A stretch of DNA of 63,157 nucleotides, the filler included, from Diploschistes diacapsis (taxonomy: Eukaryota): assembly GCA_023645945.1 (NCBI GenBank). It is 26 parts of 26 records of this genome, joined end to end, with 100 filler letters (N's around TTAATTAATTAA, not from the genome) between each part and the next. Parts side by side here need not be neighbours in the genome. Positions count along the whole stretch, not along the records: positions 59,901 to 60,919 come from JALAIB010004286.1; positions 61,020 to 62,038 come from JALAIB010004287.1; positions 62,139 to 63,157 come from JALAIB010004288.1; 23 more parts are not named here. One strand, written 5' to 3'. Position 1 is the first letter of the stretch; every line of letters starts with the position of its first letter. The position numbers and the translations under genes are program-made. The notes under the pieces were generated by a model. The model was not told where the DNA came from. It was given only the letters and a program-made list of their open reading frames with translations, and did no database searches. This document shows, piece after piece, positions 59,801 through 63,157 of the stretch.

Positions 59801-60485
59801 NNNNNNNNNNNNNNNNNNNNNNNNNNNNNNNNNNNNNNNNNNNNTTAATTAATTAANNNNNNNNNNNNNNNNNNNNNNNNNNNNNNNNNNNNNNNNNNNN
59901 CGGTGTTTCGGTAAATTTATGATAATATTTCGATAAATTTATTATAATATAATATTCGTAAAAGTATCCGTGTTTTAAAATTTTTAGCCGTAATATCCGT
60001 GTCCGTGCTTTTATTATAATATAATGTCCGTGGAAGTGTCCGTGTTTTAAAAATTTTAATCGTAATGTCCGTGTCCGTGCTTTTACTGTAGTGTAATATC
60101 CTTGAAAGTGTCCGTGCCGAGAAAATTTTCGCGGTAATGTCCGTGTCAGTGACCGTGGCACGCAACGGCCAGCCTATTTTTAACGTCTGTTATCTCTAAG
60201 CATAATTTAATCAAGTTAACAATTTTACGACATTTATATTAATACTTTCATCGTTATATATCTCGAATATATAAAATAAATACTACATCGCTAGCCTCGG
60301 GTCGTAATATTAACTCGTTAATAATAACTTAACCTGGTATATCTGTATTTAAAACAAATATGGTTACTAATTCTACTACTCTTTCTAAAAAATACCCTCT
60401 ATCATTCGGATTATCCTGATCTATAGATATCTTTTATAATATACCACTTCCGTTTGACCCAGATACCTCTAACGTGTTTCACGGT

Positions 60486-60919
60486 TGTTACGATCCAAGT
60501 ACCAGACTTGGCACGTCTCAGCTTTGTATATAGGTCAGTCACGGGATTAAGGGTCACGTGATGCGCTTATTATTTACGCTTATTCTTATAAGCGGCGAGC
60601 ATGTTTTCGTTACCGCTCGATGATCGCGTTTATTCTCGTAAACGACGAGCCTCGAGAATACCGCTCGCTGGATTTGCGATAAACGGCGAGCGAGTTAATT
60701 ATATATAAATACGACTTTACCTTCGTGAAAGAAGACGTGTTTATTTTTATAAATATTTTTAGCGATTATTCGGGATTAATTTATATTCGTTATTTTTATT
60801 ATTAAGAGAGCATTCTTTTTAAAAATAATTTAAGATTTATAATTATTTTATCTTTTTCTTCTGTTATATTTCTTTTTTAATAAAAATTAAATCTATTTTA
60901 ATTTTACTCTTGTATATCT
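60486..60919 (+). mobile_element. LTR subfamily A2 inserted inside a family A TIR (60472)
   Basis: ACGTGTTTCACGGT|TGTTACGATCCAAGTACCAG. Confidence 0.85.
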
Positions 60920-61019
60920 NNNNNNNNNNNNNNNNNNNNNNNNNNNNNNNNNNNNNNNNNNNNTTAATTAATTAANNNNNNNNNNNNNNNNNNNNNNNNN
61001 NNNNNNNNNNNNNNNNNNN

Positions 61020-61897
61020 GAAGTTTTAAACGATTTAAAACATCCGATATTAAAAGGTTGGAAGATATGCGATAAATAAACAGGCATATAGAACGAAATG
61101 ATTTTATTATTCTTACAATAGTTGATAAAATCGATCATACGATGGCTATTATGACTACCAAGAATTAATAAATGATATCTATTTATCGTACGAGGTTTTG
61201 AATAGTTCTGAAAGTGTTTCAGCTAATATTCATATTTTCTAATAATCAAATTTACGTTGAAATCGCATTTTAAGCATTTTATGCTTTCGTATGAAATTTT
61301 ATGCTTATCGTGATCCGACCGGCCGCGCATTTCGAGTTACGCGTATTAAGGTAATTATATCGCGTATATCGTTCTATCGCGGCGGAAAATTATATTCGAT
61401 TTAAATTAATCGTACGTTCAAGAAATGTCTCTTTTTTTAACACGGTTAAATTTATTAAGTTGGCTGAGATATTGTATCTTGAAGTACAACCATCTCGTCG
61501 AGCAATAAACGTCGTACGAGGAACCTTATATATCAAAAATGCGCGTTTTATATTAAGATTTGGGTCTTGTTTGATAGCTTAAAATGTTATTGTGATTCTA
61601 ATTTTAATTGAAAATGATTCCATAATCGTACGTGTAGAGAATTAATGTAACAGCGGGGGTAGTGCCTAATAGAGTAGTGCTATCCCACTGAGCCAAAAGA
61701 CTTACACAATGCTTTCAGGAACCCCGAAGCACTGTTTCCCTATTACACTATATGTAGGTGCGTGGCTGTGGCAATAGGGGGACCTGAACCCCAGGGCGCA
61801 CCTTTGGGCGTTACAATTAATATAAAAATTGAAAGTTCGTAAAATCAGATGGAGGGTGTCCGTTCGCTATGAGTGTCCGCTCGCTATGCATATACGT
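61020..61897 (-). mobile_element. Fot1/pogo family B, 5' end with TIR
   Basis: Reverse complement of 61310-61540 matches 20440-20670; same TIR as at 53706. Confidence 0.82.
61646..61815 (+). mobile_element. Solo LTR, family B (170 bp), with 5-bp TSD ATTAA
   Basis: TGTAAC...GTTACA inverted termini with ATTAA on both sides; visibly less AT-rich than its host element. Confidence 0.92.
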
Positions 61898-62497
61898 TAT
61901 ATATTTATTATTTATATACTTTAAAGGGACTACTCCGTTATATTCGGAAGATAAGAATATTAAAATTTAGTTTAATATTAAACCTGAATTTTTGAAACTA
62001 CGGGAATATTCCGATATAGATTATAAAGGAAATTAATTNNNNNNNNNNNNNNNNNNNNNNNNNNNNNNNNNNNNNNNNNNNNTTAATTAATTAANNNNNN
62101 NNNNNNNNNNNNNNNNNNNNNNNNNNNNNNNNNNNNNNTGCCCTCCTCCCACCTAGATAGTTCCTTCTTCCTTACCTTTTCGAATCTGAACCATTCAGCC
62201 TACAGATTGCAGCTACACGTGATCCTTCCAGATCAGGCTCAGCCCCTGGTTGTGTAGTATTCCTGTAGGGGCGTTCTAGTGTCCGTGCTTTTACTACAGT
62301 GCAGTGTTAGTGTAAGTGTCAGTATCGAGAAAAATTTTGCTGCGGTATCAGTGTCAGTGTCAGTGGCACGGAACGGCCAGCCTAATAACGATATCTTCTT
62401 TATTTTCGAAATAAAGGAACGTTTAAATTTTATTATTCGTTTTCGGGGTTCTCTAAGCATATTATTTTATAATTATTATTAATTTTTTTACGATTGT

Positions 62498-62930
62498 TGA
62501 GACAGATCAGCCCAGGCGTGCCAAGCCACCGGGGTCACGTGACGGCAGGGTCACATGACGGGTACCAACCGTGCCAAGGATGTTAAGGGCTGGCACTTAC
62601 ATATTATTTATTCCTGCCACCCTCCTATCTAGATAGTTTCTTTTCTAGCTTTTCGAATCGAGATCGTTTATTTACAAATGCCTAACTACACGTAATCTTA
62701 CCGGATCAGGCCCAGCCCCCGATAATATAGTATTCCATTCCTACGTTAACGTTTTATATTTAAAAAACTTACTTTACCTTCGCATTCGTGACTAAAGTTT
62801 AAAACGTTAACCGAATTAAATATTCAAGTAAGTCCACGATAACCGAAATTCGAAAATAGTATTTACCGATCTATTATAAACAATAACTCCCGCTAATAGA
62901 AAGAATTAAAAAAGAAAAAGAAAATCGATA
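62498..62930 (+). mobile_element. Repeat family E copy
   Basis: Homologous to 52411-52890. Confidence 0.7.
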
Positions 62931-63157
62931 ATACCTCCGTCTTTTAAAAAATTAATTAAAATACTATCGATTAAAAAATACGATTTAATAAATAAATCGT
63001 TAATTAAAAAACCATCCATAAAATATCTCGCGTTATAATAATTATCAACGTTAAAAACCTTCGAAGGATTTAATATTAATAAAGAACTAATTAGGCTGGC
63101 CGTTTCGTGCCACGGTCACTGACACGGACACTACAACAAAAAATTTTAAAACACGGA

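Noticed and set aside
58734..60165. ORFs with HGHFHGHY / TRTLRLK repeats (also 48108 and 62239)
   Set aside because: Chance translations of the family D DNA repeats; open in several frames and running into linkers.

Overview
Eukaryotic DNA from a filamentous ascomycete (Pezizomycotina-type genes, GT-AG introns with CTRAY branch sites). The window is not one locus. It is 26 unrelated contigs joined by 25 artificial 100-nt linkers (N44-TTAATTAATTAA-N44): two gene-rich contigs of about 18 kb (1-18093 and 23806-41877) and 24 short contigs of 1019-1023 nt. Contig 1 carries two MFS transporters, a large hypothetical gene with a premature stop at codon 12, a candidate secreted Kex2-processed basic protein, and a disordered protein with a canonical PIP box. 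Contig 2 carries GPI8, a Psk1/Ypk3-type AGC kinase, a PHD-finger protein, a PAQR/IZH protein and a PCI-like protein. Between the PHD and PAQR genes lie three adjacent decayed genes: an NR-PKS SAT-domain stub, a Pth11-like membrane protein and a GDSAG hydrolase. Most short contigs are nested, heavily RIP-mutated transposons (Copia, Gypsy, solo LTRs with TSDs, Fot1/pogo elements, MITEs and a repeat-built hAT-like family). Two short contigs are very GC-rich gene fragments (LanC-like protein and alkaline phosphatase). I cannot support a complete novel multi-gene system. The best leads are the secreted basic protein, the relic PKS cluster, the PIP-box protein and the repeat-built TIR element.
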